Below, piece after piece: positions 40,866 to 50,805 of a stretch of 64,000 nt of DNA. The translations under genes were made by a program, and so were the position numbers. The notes under the pieces were generated by a model, which was not told where the DNA came from, made no database searches, and worked only from the letters and a program-made list of their open reading frames with translations. The stretch is from an uncultured Thiomicrospira sp. (GTDB lineage: Bacteria > Pseudomonadota > Gammaproteobacteria > CAKMZV01). The stretch's first letter is position 1. Each line of letters opens with the position of its first letter. The stretch covers positions 1,312,001-1,376,000 of the forward strand of contig OZ239628.1 in the NCBI GenBank assembly GCA_965195345.1, read 5' to 3'.

Positions 40866-41441
40866 ATGCAATACAAAATAATTTCAAAGAAGAAATGTTA
40901 TCAAGGCTTTTTTTCTCTCAACAAATATCAATTGCAGCACCAAAGCTATGACGGCAGATGGACCGAAATGATTGAAAGAGAAGTGTTTGAGCGAGGGGAT
41001 GCTGTTTGTGTTCTCCCCTATGACCCACTTCTACAAACAGTGGTACTAATAGAACAGTTTCGTGCAGGTGCAATACATTCCAAAGACCCATGGCTTTTAG
41101 AAACAATTGCTGGAATGATTGCTGACGGTGAAGATACGAAACAAACAGCTTCTCGTGAGTTAAAAGAAGAATGCGGGTTAGACTCTTCTAACCTCTATTA
41201 TATTGGCCAATATTACTCCAGCCCAGGTGGCTGTAGTGAAAAACTATCTATCTATTGCGCTTTTGTTGACAGCACACAAGCGTTAGATTTCGCAGGTTTA
41301 GAAGAAGAAAATGAAGACATTCGTGTATTAAAATTATCCTTAAATGCCGTTCGAACAGCTCTTAAAGAAAACACTATTAAAGTTGCTCCAACTGCTTTAG
41401 CCTTATATTGGCTGCTTAACAACCATAACCGACTAATATAA
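40866..41441 (+). CDS. nudF: ADP-ribose pyrophosphatase (Nudix)
   Basis: REVFERG, LPYDP, IEQFRAGA, Nudix box AGMI...ASRELKEECG, SSPGG, ENEDIRV. Confidence 0.92.
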   Translation: MQYKIISKKKCYQGFFSLNKYQLQHQSYDGRWTEMIEREVFERGDAVCVLPYDPLLQTVVLIEQFRAGAIHSKDPWLLETIAGMIADGEDTKQTASRELKEECGLDSSNLYYIGQYYSSPGGCSEKLSIYCAFVDSTQALDFAGLEEENEDIRVLKLSLNAVRTALKENTIKVAPTALALYWLLNNHNRLI

Positions 41442-41443
41442 TT

Positions 41444-42733
41444 ATGATTCCTTTAGCAGAGCGAGCACGCCCGCGTAGCATTGATGAAATAATTGGACAA
41501 GATCATTTAATCAGTCCAGGACAGCCTCTGCATCAAACCATCGTGCAAGGACACCCACACTCAATGATTTTATGGGGTCCTCCAGGTTCTGGAAAAACCA
41601 CCCTTGCTCGCCTGTTAGCAAATAACGAAAAGTGGGCATTTACACCCTTATCAGCAGTTCTCGATGGTGTGGCTCAAGTACGCAACGCTATAGAACAAGC
41701 CAAACAAAATAAAACGGGGCTGATGCCTCAAGAAACGGTTCTATTCATCGATGAAGTACATCGTTTCAACAAAGCACAACAAGATGCTTTCCTACCTCAT
41801 ATTGAAGACGGCACTGTTTTTTTTATTGGTGCAACCACTGAAAATCCCGCATTTGAGTTGAATAAAGCATTGCTTTCTCGTTGTCGAGTGTATCAGCTCA
41901 AAGCACTTAGAAAAGAAGATTTAGAAGTGCTCATTACACGCAGTACCCAATGGGTTAAAGAGCAGCACCCTAGTATTCAGTCCATCGATTTCAGCTTAAT
42001 AAAAAGTGCCCTATTGAACATAGCAAACGGCGATGCTCGCAAATTACTCAACACTATAGAGATCCTGTCTACGCAATTTAGTGACCAAGCGCATGTCAAG
42101 CCAACCGCAGAAGATCTTATAAAAATTCTCGACTCAAAAGTTCACGGTTTTGACAAGCAAGGAGATGACTACTACGATATGATTTCTGCAGTACATAAAT
42201 CCATTCGTGGCTCTGATCCTGATGCAGGACTATACTGGTACGTACGTATGGTTGAAGCAGGCTGTGATCCTCTGTACATTGCTCGTCGTTTACTGGCAAT
42301 TGCTTCTGAAGATATTGGGAATGCTGACCCACGTGCATTACCTTTGGCGATTTCAGCATGGCAGACCTATGAGCGTTTGGGTGCTGCTGAAGGGGAACGT
42401 GCCATTGCACACGCTATTATCTACTTAGCTTGCGCCCCTAAAAGCAATGCGGTTGATGTCGCTCTATCGCGTGCTCGTCACTGCGTACGTTCGAATCCCG
42501 ATTATCCAGTACCGCTACACATTCGCAATGCCCCAACTAAACTTGCTGAAGAACTTGAGCATGGAAAAAATTATCGCTACCCACATGCTGAGCCGAATGC
42601 TTTTTCTGCTGGTCAAACGTATTTGCCACCCAAGTTACTCGATAGCGTTTTTTATAGTCCCACTGATCGAGGTATGGAAAAACAAATTGCCGAAAAAATC
42701 CGATGGCTAAAAAATCTTAATCGCTCTGCATAG
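41444..42733 (+). CDS. rarA: Replication-associated recombination protein A (MgsA/RarA AAA+ ATPase)
   Basis: PLAERARP, WGPPGSGKTT, FIDEVHRFNKAQQD, GATTENP, SAVHKSIRGSDPD, ASEDIGNADP. Confidence 0.97.
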   Translation: MIPLAERARPRSIDEIIGQDHLISPGQPLHQTIVQGHPHSMILWGPPGSGKTTLARLLANNEKWAFTPLSAVLDGVAQVRNAIEQAKQNKTGLMPQETVLFIDEVHRFNKAQQDAFLPHIEDGTVFFIGATTENPAFELNKALLSRCRVYQLKALRKEDLEVLITRSTQWVKEQHPSIQSIDFSLIKSALLNIANGDARKLLNTIEILSTQFSDQAHVKPTAEDLIKILDSKVHGFDKQGDDYYDMISAVHKSIRGSDPDAGLYWYVRMVEAGCDPLYIARRLLAIASEDIGNADPRALPLAISAWQTYERLGAAEGERAIAHAIIYLACAPKSNAVDVALSRARHCVRSNPDYPVPLHIRNAPTKLAEELEHGKNYRYPHAEPNAFSAGQTYLPPKLLDSVFYSPTDRGMEKQIAEKIRWLKNLNRSA

Positions 42734-42747
42734 ACAACCCATTCTAC

Positions 42748-43224
42748 TTAGATAGCAGAAAATACAGCGTCATAGTCCGGTTCGTCTTTCACTTCTGGAA
42801 CTAACTGTATATATTCAAGTGTTCCATCATTGACAACAATCACACACCTTGCATATAACCCTGTCAGAGGTCCTTGTGCCATAATCATGCCTTTATCAGC
42901 CATACTGCGGTGCCGAAAGTCAGATACTGCTTGTACTTTGTCTATCCCTTCAGCCCCACAAAAGCGCGCCAAAGCAAAAGGCAGATCCATTGATACAACA
43001 TAAACTGGCAAACCGCCTTCGGCAGCTCGTTTATTAAACTCCCTTGTTTGTGCAGCGCATACTCCTGTATCAATGCTCGGAAATAAATTGATTATTGCGC
43101 GTCCATTAATTGTTACTTCTGCTAAGTCTTGACCTACAAATTTCAGACAACCCAAATTATCTCCAACATTTGGAAGATTCCCCATTAGTTGAACAACATT
43201 TCCAGAAAACGTTACATTTGCCAT
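42748..43224 (-). CDS. tpx: Thiol peroxidase (atypical 2-Cys peroxiredoxin)
   Basis: FPSIDTGVCA, SMDLPFALARFC, GPLTGLYAR, EPDY. Confidence 0.96.
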   Translation of the reverse strand: MANVTFSGNVVQLMGNLPNVGDNLGCLKFVGQDLAEVTINGRAIINLFPSIDTGVCAAQTREFNKRAAEGGLPVYVVSMDLPFALARFCGAEGIDKVQAVSDFRHRSMADKGMIMAQGPLTGLYARCVIVVNDGTLEYIQLVPEVKDEPDYDAVFSAI

Positions 43225-43237
43225 TTTTTCTCCTAAA

Positions 43238-43579
43238 TTAAATATTCATACATTCTATGCATCGAGTAGCTACGGGATTTATTCTCAACCGATCAAGGGT
43301 TATAGGCTCATGACAGTTATAGCATAAACCATATTTTTGCCCTTTGATACGCTCTAATGCTCCATCAATAGCTGCAATCATGCTTTTCCTGCGTCGCTGG
43401 CTCTCCAAAGCCATTTGCTGCGACTGCATAGCGTCTACCCTTGATAACCGACCTACTCTTGTTTGATCAAGCGGCACCACCTCACTCGAACCAGCTGACT
43501 CGACTGCCTCCGCTTCAAGCGTCGCCTTTAATTCTAACAGTTGCTTTGTAAAAGTGGTTAAGTCTTCAGAAGTTATCAT
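43238..43579 (-). CDS. TraR/DksA family C4 zinc-finger protein
   Basis: Coiled-coil N-terminus, ALERI...YGLCYNC...RLRINP...RCIEC. Confidence 0.9.
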   Translation of the reverse strand: MITSEDLTTFTKQLLELKATLEAEAVESAGSSEVVPLDQTRVGRLSRVDAMQSQQMALESQRRRKSMIAAIDGALERIKGQKYGLCYNCHEPITLDRLRINPVATRCIECMNI

Positions 43580-44478
43580 TGAACTTTACTCACTCCTTTT
43601 TTCTTGGCAATCAAATAAACCCCAAATAACGATAGCACAAACCCACCAATCGCAGTCGGTTGTATTGCCTCACCAAATAATAAATAAACCTCAAAAGCCA
43701 CCACCGCGGGTGTTAAATAAAATAAAGAAGTAACCGAAGCCGCTGCTTTTTTATGAACCATATATAACAAAATAAGAACAGCGCCTATAGATAGCACAAG
43801 TACTAACCATACCATCGAGAAAATCGTGTGTGTGTTCCATACTATGATACCCTCTTCTAGCCATAAGGACGCAAGAAAAACGAATACAAATGCACCAATG
43901 TATTGAATGGTTGCTCCAGCAATCAAGTCGATTTTCGCACAATAACGCTTTTGATACGTTGTAGCAACGGTAATTGCTAATAAACTGCTAAAGCAGATAA
44001 TAATATGTTGCCACTGCAAATACGAATGCTCTCCTAATGTAGGTGACAATACAACCATCAGTCCCCCAAAACCTAACAAAAGCCCCAACCATTGAATGCG
44101 ATTGATTCTTTCGCTTAATGCGAGCATTGCAAATAAACTAGCTAATAAAGGCTGTAGCCCAACAATGAGTGACGTATAGGCGATTGGAAATTGATTCCTC
44201 GTTACATAGAAAACGCCACCTAAATAAACTGCATGCAACAAAAACCCAACCACAATTGAATGAGCGATTTCGCTTATCTTTCTTGGAAATTTTTGTTTGA
44301 AAATAAAAACGATTGGTATTAATACAAATGCAGCAATCGCCATACGAATGCTTAAAAAAGTGAGCGGTTCAGCATAAGGAGTTGAAAACCGAGCGGCAAT
44401 AAATCCAGTACTCCAAAGCAAAACAAAAACAACTGGTATTATGGCAATGAGATATTTGTTCCAATTGAAATTAAACAT
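43576..44478 (-). CDS. DMT/EamA family transporter
   Basis: FVLLWSTGFI, EPLTFL, VGLQP, TSLFYLTP, LFGE; about 10 TM helices. Confidence 0.9.
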   Translation of the reverse strand: MFNFNWNKYLIAIIPVVFVLLWSTGFIAARFSTPYAEPLTFLSIRMAIAAFVLIPIVFIFKQKFPRKISEIAHSIVVGFLLHAVYLGGVFYVTRNQFPIAYTSLIVGLQPLLASLFAMLALSERINRIQWLGLLLGFGGLMVVLSPTLGEHSYLQWQHIIICFSSLLAITVATTYQKRYCAKIDLIAGATIQYIGAFVFVFLASLWLEEGIIVWNTHTIFSMVWLVLVLSIGAVLILLYMVHKKAAASVTSLFYLTPAVVAFEVYLLFGEAIQPTAIGGFVLSLFGVYLIAKKKGVSKVQ

Positions 44479-44489
44479 GTCATCAGCAC

Positions 44490-45119
44490 TTAAGTTGATT
44501 TGATACTATCGTATAAAACTTTAGCTGCTAAAGTAGTCATGAATAATGCCGCTGTATTATCGAAAAAAACTTTACTACGGACATACAAAGATTGATACGG
44601 TCCAGAAGAGAAAGCGCACGCCATCAACACATACCAACCAGACTCAAGTATGAGTACACCAATTAGTAAAATAACATAGTCAACAAGCCCTGGGTTTTGA
44701 GGCAGTAATGCGGAAAAAACGCTAGCAAAAAATATAATTGCTTTTGGATTGCTTATTTGTGTCAAAACACCTATCATTAAAAATCTCCAATAACCAGCTG
44801 ACTTAATCTTTGAGTGCTTCAAAAAAAACGCATTTTTAGAGCCTCTCCACATCATTGTTGCCAAATACAATAAATACAAAGCACCCAACACCTTGATACC
44901 AAGATATAAATTTGGAGCGTTAGCAAGCAATGTGTCAATTCCTAACAAAACAATTGAAGCCAGAATTAAACTGCCAATACCAAGCCCTACGGCGGCGGCA
45001 ACACCATTTAAACGAGAATGAGTTGCAATACGTGCGATCAAAATGAAACTCGGTCCAGGAGACATAATCGCTACTATTAGCGCCCCAAATATCACAACAT
45101 AAGGTAAGATAAAATCCAT
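44490..45119 (-). CDS. LysE/RhtB family amino-acid exporter
   Basis: MSPGPSF, GALYLLYLA, TQISNPKAIIFF. Confidence 0.92.
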   Translation of the reverse strand: MDFILPYVVIFGALIVAIMSPGPSFILIARIATHSRLNGVAAAVGLGIGSLILASIVLLGIDTLLANAPNLYLGIKVLGALYLLYLATMMWRGSKNAFFLKHSKIKSAGYWRFLMIGVLTQISNPKAIIFFASVFSALLPQNPGLVDYVILLIGVLILESGWYVLMACAFSSGPYQSLYVRSKVFFDNTAALFMTTLAAKVLYDSIKST

Positions 45120-45310
45120 TGCTTTTTCAAAATAGAAGGTGGGTTATTTCTCAAAAAGAAAGAAATCATTGTAGCATCTCATAATACAAATGCGTTTGAT
45201 GAAATATACTTATACAAATGCCAAAAATCCTGAATATCGCCAACAAATAATTTGAAAATTACCGTTACAATAAGTAAAACAATAATGTATTGTTAACTTA
45301 CAATTATAAA

Positions 45311-46216
45311 ATGCCTTTAGAAATCAACCGCAATGTATTTATTACTTGTGCCGTAACTGGTTCAGGTAATACTCAAAATAAAACCCCTCACCTACCAATT
45401 ACCCCCGAACAAATAGCCAATAGTGCTATAAGTGCTGCTAAAGCGGGGGCTGCTATCGTCCATTGTCACGTAAGAAATCCTGAAACTGGCAAACCATCTC
45501 GAGACATCAAACTATATAAAGAGTTAACCGAGCGTATTAGAAGTGCCAATACTGATGTAATTCTTAATCTCACAGCTGGCATGGGAGGCGATATTGTTTT
45601 TGGGGATCACGAATCCCCTCTTCCTTTGAAAGAAAGCACTGATATGGTAGGTGCTAGTGAACGCATAACTCATATTGCGGAATGCTTGCCAGAAATCTGC
45701 ACGCTGGATTGTGGAACAATGAATTTTGCTGAAGCTGATTATGTTATGACAAACACACCTGGTGTGTTAAGAGCCATGGCTCAAATGATAACTGATCTAG
45801 GCGTTCGCTCTGAAATCGAAGCATTCGACACTGGTCATCTTTGGTTTGCTAAACAATTAGTTAAGGAAGGAATTATAAAAGATCCTGTACTAGTGCAATT
45901 ATGCATGGGAATACCTTGGGGTGCACCTGATGATTTGAACACTTTTATGGCAATGGTGAACAATGTTCCAACCAACTGGAATTGGTCTGCATTTTCTATA
46001 GGGCGCAACGAAATGCCTTATGTCGCCGCTGCCGTTTTAGCTGGCGGGAATGTTCGCGTAGGATTGGAAGACAATCTGTTTCTTGAGAAAGGAGTTTATG
46101 CAACCAACTCTCAACTAGTTGAAAAGGCAGTTAATATAATAGAAAATATGGGGGCTACTGTTTTAACTCCAGCGGAAGTTCGTGATAACCTGAAGTTAAC
46201 CAAACACAGTAGTTAA
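45311..46216 (+). CDS. Beta-keto acid cleavage enzyme (BKACE/DUF849), 3-dehydrocarnitine cleavage enzyme (CdhC)-like
   Basis: FITCAVTG, AGAAIVHCHVR (HxH), LTAGMGG, PEICTLDCGTMNF, GGNVRVGLEDN. Confidence 0.9.
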   Translation: MPLEINRNVFITCAVTGSGNTQNKTPHLPITPEQIANSAISAAKAGAAIVHCHVRNPETGKPSRDIKLYKELTERIRSANTDVILNLTAGMGGDIVFGDHESPLPLKESTDMVGASERITHIAECLPEICTLDCGTMNFAEADYVMTNTPGVLRAMAQMITDLGVRSEIEAFDTGHLWFAKQLVKEGIIKDPVLVQLCMGIPWGAPDDLNTFMAMVNNVPTNWNWSAFSIGRNEMPYVAAAVLAGGNVRVGLEDNLFLEKGVYATNSQLVEKAVNIIENMGATVLTPAEVRDNLKLTKHSS

Positions 46217-46273
46217 TATTAACATACCATTGATGCATTTCTTCTTCATAAGAAAACACTTAAAAAACACTTT

Positions 46274-46846
46274 ATGTTAAAACCAGGATTTGATGGGAAA
46301 AAACGATGCTTCGGCAACTCTAACCTCGTGAGTGCTCAATACCATGATACAGAATGGGGTGTTCCTGTTCATTGTGATAGAACGCTCTTTGAAATGCTCA
46401 TTTTGGAAGGTGCTCAAGCAGGATTAAGTTGGGATACGGTTCTGATGAAAAGAGATGGTTACCGCGAATCTTTTCATAATTTTGATGTGCAGAAAGTAGC
46501 TAACATGAGTGATTCTGATCTTGAATCGAATCATACCAATAGCGCCATAATTCGCAATAAATTGAAAATATCTTCTACTCGAAAAAATGCCATTGTATTT
46601 ATGGAAATACAAAAAGAATTTAAAACTTTCAACGATTACATTTGGAAATGGGTAAACTATAAAACCATTGTTAACAAACCAGTAGATCATCACTCATTGA
46701 ATGCCAATTCTGATATAAGTGATGCAATCTCCTATGATCTAAAAAAACGCGGGATGAGCTTTGTGGGCTCTACCATTATGTATTCGTATATGCAAGCAGT
46801 AGGATTGGTAAACGATCATTTGGTTGATTGTTGGTGTACCAAATAA
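46274..46846 (+). CDS. tag: DNA-3-methyladenine glycosylase I
   Basis: YHDTEWG, LFEMLILEGAQAGLSW, IIRNKLKI, LKKRGMSFVG, MQAVGLVNDH...C. Confidence 0.96.
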   Translation: MLKPGFDGKKRCFGNSNLVSAQYHDTEWGVPVHCDRTLFEMLILEGAQAGLSWDTVLMKRDGYRESFHNFDVQKVANMSDSDLESNHTNSAIIRNKLKISSTRKNAIVFMEIQKEFKTFNDYIWKWVNYKTIVNKPVDHHSLNANSDISDAISYDLKKRGMSFVGSTIMYSYMQAVGLVNDHLVDCWCTK

Positions 46847-46944
46847 GAAACACTTACTATGAGGAATTCATACGCGGTGCATAAATGCATGGTTTATGAA
46901 GACAATGCTATCCCCGAAAGCAAGTCGTTTAAAAAACTTAGACT

Positions 46945-47814
46945 TTATTCAACGATTGCTTTTCCTAAAGAATATACAGCCAAAGCATACAGGTTGCTGT
47001 TGTTATACGTTTTAAGCACTTTGAAGTTAGCATCTGGCATCCACCATTCTTCTCCTTCATTCAGTTCAAACCGTAGGGAAGAATCCTGCTTTTGTTTAGA
47101 TTTAGTGGCTACGCCCACTCCCTCTTTCCAACCGTGTTCTTTGAGGTAATTAGCAATGCTGAAAATAGCGTCTTTCTTTGAAGAAACCAAATCAATCACT
47201 CCATCATTATCACCGTCAACCCCCCAGCGTCTGATACTTGTTGGAATGAATTGCCCCATGCCCATTGCTCCTGCATACGAACCTTTGATCGTAGGGTCAA
47301 GCTTTTTCCTATGTACTAACAGCAAAAAGTCAGCTAATTGAGCATTAAAGAATCTTTTCCTTTTAGATAGATCATGCGTTGACAAAGTAACCAACGCATC
47401 GCGAACAGAGGTCTTGCCAAGAATTCGTCCAAAATAAGTCTCTACCCCAAGTATTCCTAAAATTATATACGCTGGAACATTGTATTTTTTTTCAGATGAT
47501 TTGATAATATCACCATACTTTTGATGGAATTTCTGCCCCACTTTAATCCTTTCTTTTGTCATAAAGATACTGCGATATTTCTCCCAATTGAGTTTGCTTT
47601 CTGCCGAATTATTGATCAAACGCACCACACTGGGTACAAAACTTGCGTTGTTGACCATTTTTTCCACCCATTCGGCAGGAAGAGCAGGATAGTGCCTGTT
47701 AACTTCACTTATAGCATTACGCATACTGTTAGGACTTACATGTTCATTAATATCTGCCAAAACGGAAAATGGCATGTACAAAAAAACACTCAAACATAAA
47801 AATATTTTTTTCAT
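46945..47814 (-). CDS. mltB: Lytic murein transglycosylase B family
   Basis: ILGVETYFG (catalytic Glu), GSYAGAMGMGQFIPTS, DGDNDGVIDL EF-hand, SIANYLKEHGW, YNNSNLYA. Confidence 0.92.
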   Translation of the reverse strand: MKKIFLCLSVFLYMPFSVLADINEHVSPNSMRNAISEVNRHYPALPAEWVEKMVNNASFVPSVVRLINNSAESKLNWEKYRSIFMTKERIKVGQKFHQKYGDIIKSSEKKYNVPAYIILGILGVETYFGRILGKTSVRDALVTLSTHDLSKRKRFFNAQLADFLLLVHRKKLDPTIKGSYAGAMGMGQFIPTSIRRWGVDGDNDGVIDLVSSKKDAIFSIANYLKEHGWKEGVGVATKSKQKQDSSLRFELNEGEEWWMPDANFKVLKTYNNSNLYALAVYSLGKAIVE

Positions 47815-48245
47815 TTTAGACTCAATAGTTCTATACGTATAGACCGTCGTAGATCATCAATACCGTTAGTTAAAAGATCGGTTTTCTTCTGGCTCTCATG
47901 AAAACTCTCCCAATGTGTGCTCCACAACATCTTTAGATTGTTGGCTTTCTCGGTAATGTCTTCAGTTGTTAATAAGCTCAATTCTGTAATTAGCCCAATT
48001 CTAACCCAACCTGACCGAGGACTTCCCGCATTCACTAAGTCACCATCGTAGCGAGCCGCATAAACAATTTGCTCAAAATTGCCAAGTTCACGAGTAATTT
48101 CAAAACAGGCTTCTCTAAGGTTGTTGTTTTTCTCCGTTTCTTCAGCTCTCCAAACGTTATAGGAAAACCCTACTATTGCAAATAAAATGCTTGCAAGCGT
48201 AGCTATTTGCAAATAATGTACTCGTGTGACGTCTTTTATATTCAT
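47811..48245 (-). CDS. Hypothetical protein with one N-terminal TM helix
   Basis: 144 aa; TM (IATLASILFAIVGFSY) then helical domain with SPRSGWVRIG; ATGA overlap with the mltB start supports a real gene. Confidence 0.7.
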   Translation of the reverse strand: MNIKDVTRVHYLQIATLASILFAIVGFSYNVWRAEETEKNNNLREACFEITRELGNFEQIVYAARYDGDLVNAGSPRSGWVRIGLITELSLLTTEDITEKANNLKMLWSTHWESFHESQKKTDLLTNGIDDLRRSIRIELLSLK

Positions 48246-48477
48246 TCTTGATGATTTTCAACCATTAAAATTCTTCTTCATGATATTTTAATTTCTCAAT
48301 GTCATTTGGCAAGTGGAATTATAGAACATTGGATGCAATCTATATTAACTTTGATTTTTAAATAAATGCTGTATTTAAAGCAGAAAAAATATAAATTTGT
48401 AGTACTTCAACGCTTATTTCAATGCCAATACGACCTAATTAAGGAGCCCAGCTCCAAAAATAACTTCGTAGGTCAAG

Positions 48478-48483
48478 TATAAT
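48478..48483 (+). promoter_or_regulatory. Candidate -10 box of leuC
   Basis: TATAAT followed by GGGC, 70 nt upstream of the leuC ATG. Confidence 0.4.
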
Positions 48484-48553
48484 GGGCATAAGCTTTTTTT
48501 CTCAAAATATTGCGTTAATAATTAACCAATAAACTAAACTAACCGAAACAAAC

Positions 48554-49972
48554 ATGACAGAAGCTAAAACACTTTATGATAAATTGTGGGACTCGCACTT
48601 GGTTCATAACCAAGAAGGGGGTTCTTCATTGCTTTATATTGATCGGCATTTGGTACATGAAGTAACATCACCTCAAGCTTTTGAAGGGTTACGTATCGCA
48701 AAACGTCAACCTTGGCGCACAAATTCCATTTTAGCCGTTCCTGATCACAACGTTCCTACAATGAATCATGCTGCAGGAGCACAAGGAATTATTGATAAAA
48801 CTTCTCGTTTACAGGTAGAAACGCTTGAAAAAAATACACGCAGTTTTGGCATAGAACAAATTGCTCTAACCGATATTCGACAAGGGATTGTGCACGTTGT
48901 TGGTCCCGAGCAAGGCGCAATACTCCCTGGAATGACAGTCGTTTGTGGAGACTCACACACATCAACGCATGGTGCATTAGCAACTCTTGCCCATGGCATT
49001 GGCACTTCAGAGGTTGAACATGTGCTCGCAACACAATGTTTGATCCAGAAAAAAATGAAAAGCATGCTCATTAAGGTAGATGGTACTTTACCTGATGGGG
49101 TTTATCCCAAAGATGTAATCCTCGCAATCATTGGCACTATAGGTACTGCAGGTGGTTCAGGCTATGCTATAGAGTTTGGGGGAGAAGTTTTTTCTGACAT
49201 GAGCATCGAAGGTCGTATGACTGTTTGTAACATGTCCATTGAAGCGGGCGCGCGAGCTGGTATGGTCGCGGTTGATGAAAAGACGATTAAATACATACAA
49301 AATCGTCCATTTGCACCTACAGGAAAACTCTTTGACGATGCGACGGATTATTGGTACTCTCTTCATTCTGATGAAGATGCTGTGTTTGACAGTGTAACTG
49401 TTATTGACGGCTCCAAGCTAAAACCGCAAGTTACTTGGGGAACTTCTCCTGAAATGGTGGTTTCAGTCAATGATAAAATCCCCTCCCCTAAAAAAGCAAA
49501 ATCTGTTGCCCAGTCAAAGAATATCGAGAATGCATTGAATTATATGGGATTGAAATCTGGCACAGCAGTTGAAGACATTCCTTTGGATTATGTATTCATT
49601 GGCTCTTGTACGAATGCTCGTATTGAAGACTTGCGTATTGCTGCAAAATTTCTTCAAGGGAAAAAAATCGCATCTACAATTCAGAGAGCGATGGTCGTTC
49701 CAGGCTCAGGACTCGTACGAAAACAAGCAGAAGATGAAGGTTTGGACGATGTATTTAAATCCGCAGGATTTGAATGGCGCGAAGCAGGATGCTCCATGTG
49801 TTTGGGGATGAATGAAGATCAATTGCCCTCAGACATGCATTGCGCGTCTACCTCAAACCGCAACTTTGAGGGCAGACAAGGACGAGGAGGAAGGACACAT
49901 TTAGTTAGCCCTGCTATGGCAGCCGCAGCCGCCATTGAAGGTCATTTTGTTGACATCAGCAATTCGAATTAA
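48554..49972 (+). CDS. leuC: 3-isopropylmalate dehydratase large subunit
   Basis: [64 protein letters not shown]. Confidence 0.98.
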   Translation: MTEAKTLYDKLWDSHLVHNQEGGSSLLYIDRHLVHEVTSPQAFEGLRIAKRQPWRTNSILAVPDHNVPTMNHAAGAQGIIDKTSRLQVETLEKNTRSFGIEQIALTDIRQGIVHVVGPEQGAILPGMTVVCGDSHTSTHGALATLAHGIGTSEVEHVLATQCLIQKKMKSMLIKVDGTLPDGVYPKDVILAIIGTIGTAGGSGYAIEFGGEVFSDMSIEGRMTVCNMSIEAGARAGMVAVDEKTIKYIQNRPFAPTGKLFDDATDYWYSLHSDEDAVFDSVTVIDGSKLKPQVTWGTSPEMVVSVNDKIPSPKKAKSVAQSKNIENALNYMGLKSGTAVEDIPLDYVFIGSCTNARIEDLRIAAKFLQGKKIASTIQRAMVVPGSGLVRKQAEDEGLDDVFKSAGFEWREAGCSMCLGMNEDQLPSDMHCASTSNRNFEGRQGRGGRTHLVSPAMAAAAAIEGHFVDISNSN

Positions 49973-50013
49973 TCGATATTAAGGATGTTTAAACGCGTAA
50001 GCTATCAAAAATC

Positions 50014-50805
50014 ATGAATGTAATTGAACTTGAAAATTTGACATTTAAAAGGAATTCTCAATTCATCTTTGATGGGCTGTCTCTTAATATCCCTGCGCAA
50101 GGCATTCACGCAATAATGGGTCCTAGTGGTTGCGGTAAAACAACATTGCTGAAATTAATTACCGCACAAGTGACACCGCTTTCAGGAACGGTCCGCTTGC
50201 TTGGCGAGAACATTCATAAATTGAATCGTAAATCGCTCTTTTCCCTAAGAAAAAAGATCGGCATGCTATTTCAACAAGGCGGTTTGCTTGCTGATTTAAG
50301 TGTATTCGACAACATTGCCCTTCCTTTGCGAGAACACACTTCATTGTCTGAATCTGTGATTCGCAACCTCGTTATTATGAAATTAGAAATGGTAGGACTT
50401 AGAGGTATAGCTTTAACCTTTCCCAGTGAGTTATCGGGAGGGATGGCGAGACGTGTATCTTTAGCAAGAGCAATCGCGCTTGACCCTGAAATAGTATTCT
50501 ACGACGAACCTTTTACTGGTCAAGATCCCATTAGTACAGGAGTTCTCGTGCGTCTCATTGATATCTGCACAAGGAATTCTTCTGCAACTTCCGTGGTTGT
50601 TTCGCACGATGTTCCTCAAATACTATCTATTGCAGACACGGCATGTATTTTATCTCAAGGACAAGTTATTGCGTCTGCAAAGGCAGATCAAATAATGAGT
50701 GATGCCACACTTGATGTTAAGCAATTTATACGGGGAGAACCTGACGGACCAATCCCATTCCACAAACCCACCAACATACCCTATCCAGAAGTGCTATTAC
50801 AATGA
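50014..50805 (+). CDS. mlaF: Mla phospholipid ABC transporter ATP-binding protein
   Basis: MGPSGCGKTT, PLREHT, ELSGGMARRV, YDEPFTGQDPI, GEPDGP. Confidence 0.96.
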   Translation: MNVIELENLTFKRNSQFIFDGLSLNIPAQGIHAIMGPSGCGKTTLLKLITAQVTPLSGTVRLLGENIHKLNRKSLFSLRKKIGMLFQQGGLLADLSVFDNIALPLREHTSLSESVIRNLVIMKLEMVGLRGIALTFPSELSGGMARRVSLARAIALDPEIVFYDEPFTGQDPISTGVLVRLIDICTRNSSATSVVVSHDVPQILSIADTACILSQGQVIASAKADQIMSDATLDVKQFIRGEPDGPIPFHKPTNIPYPEVLLQ

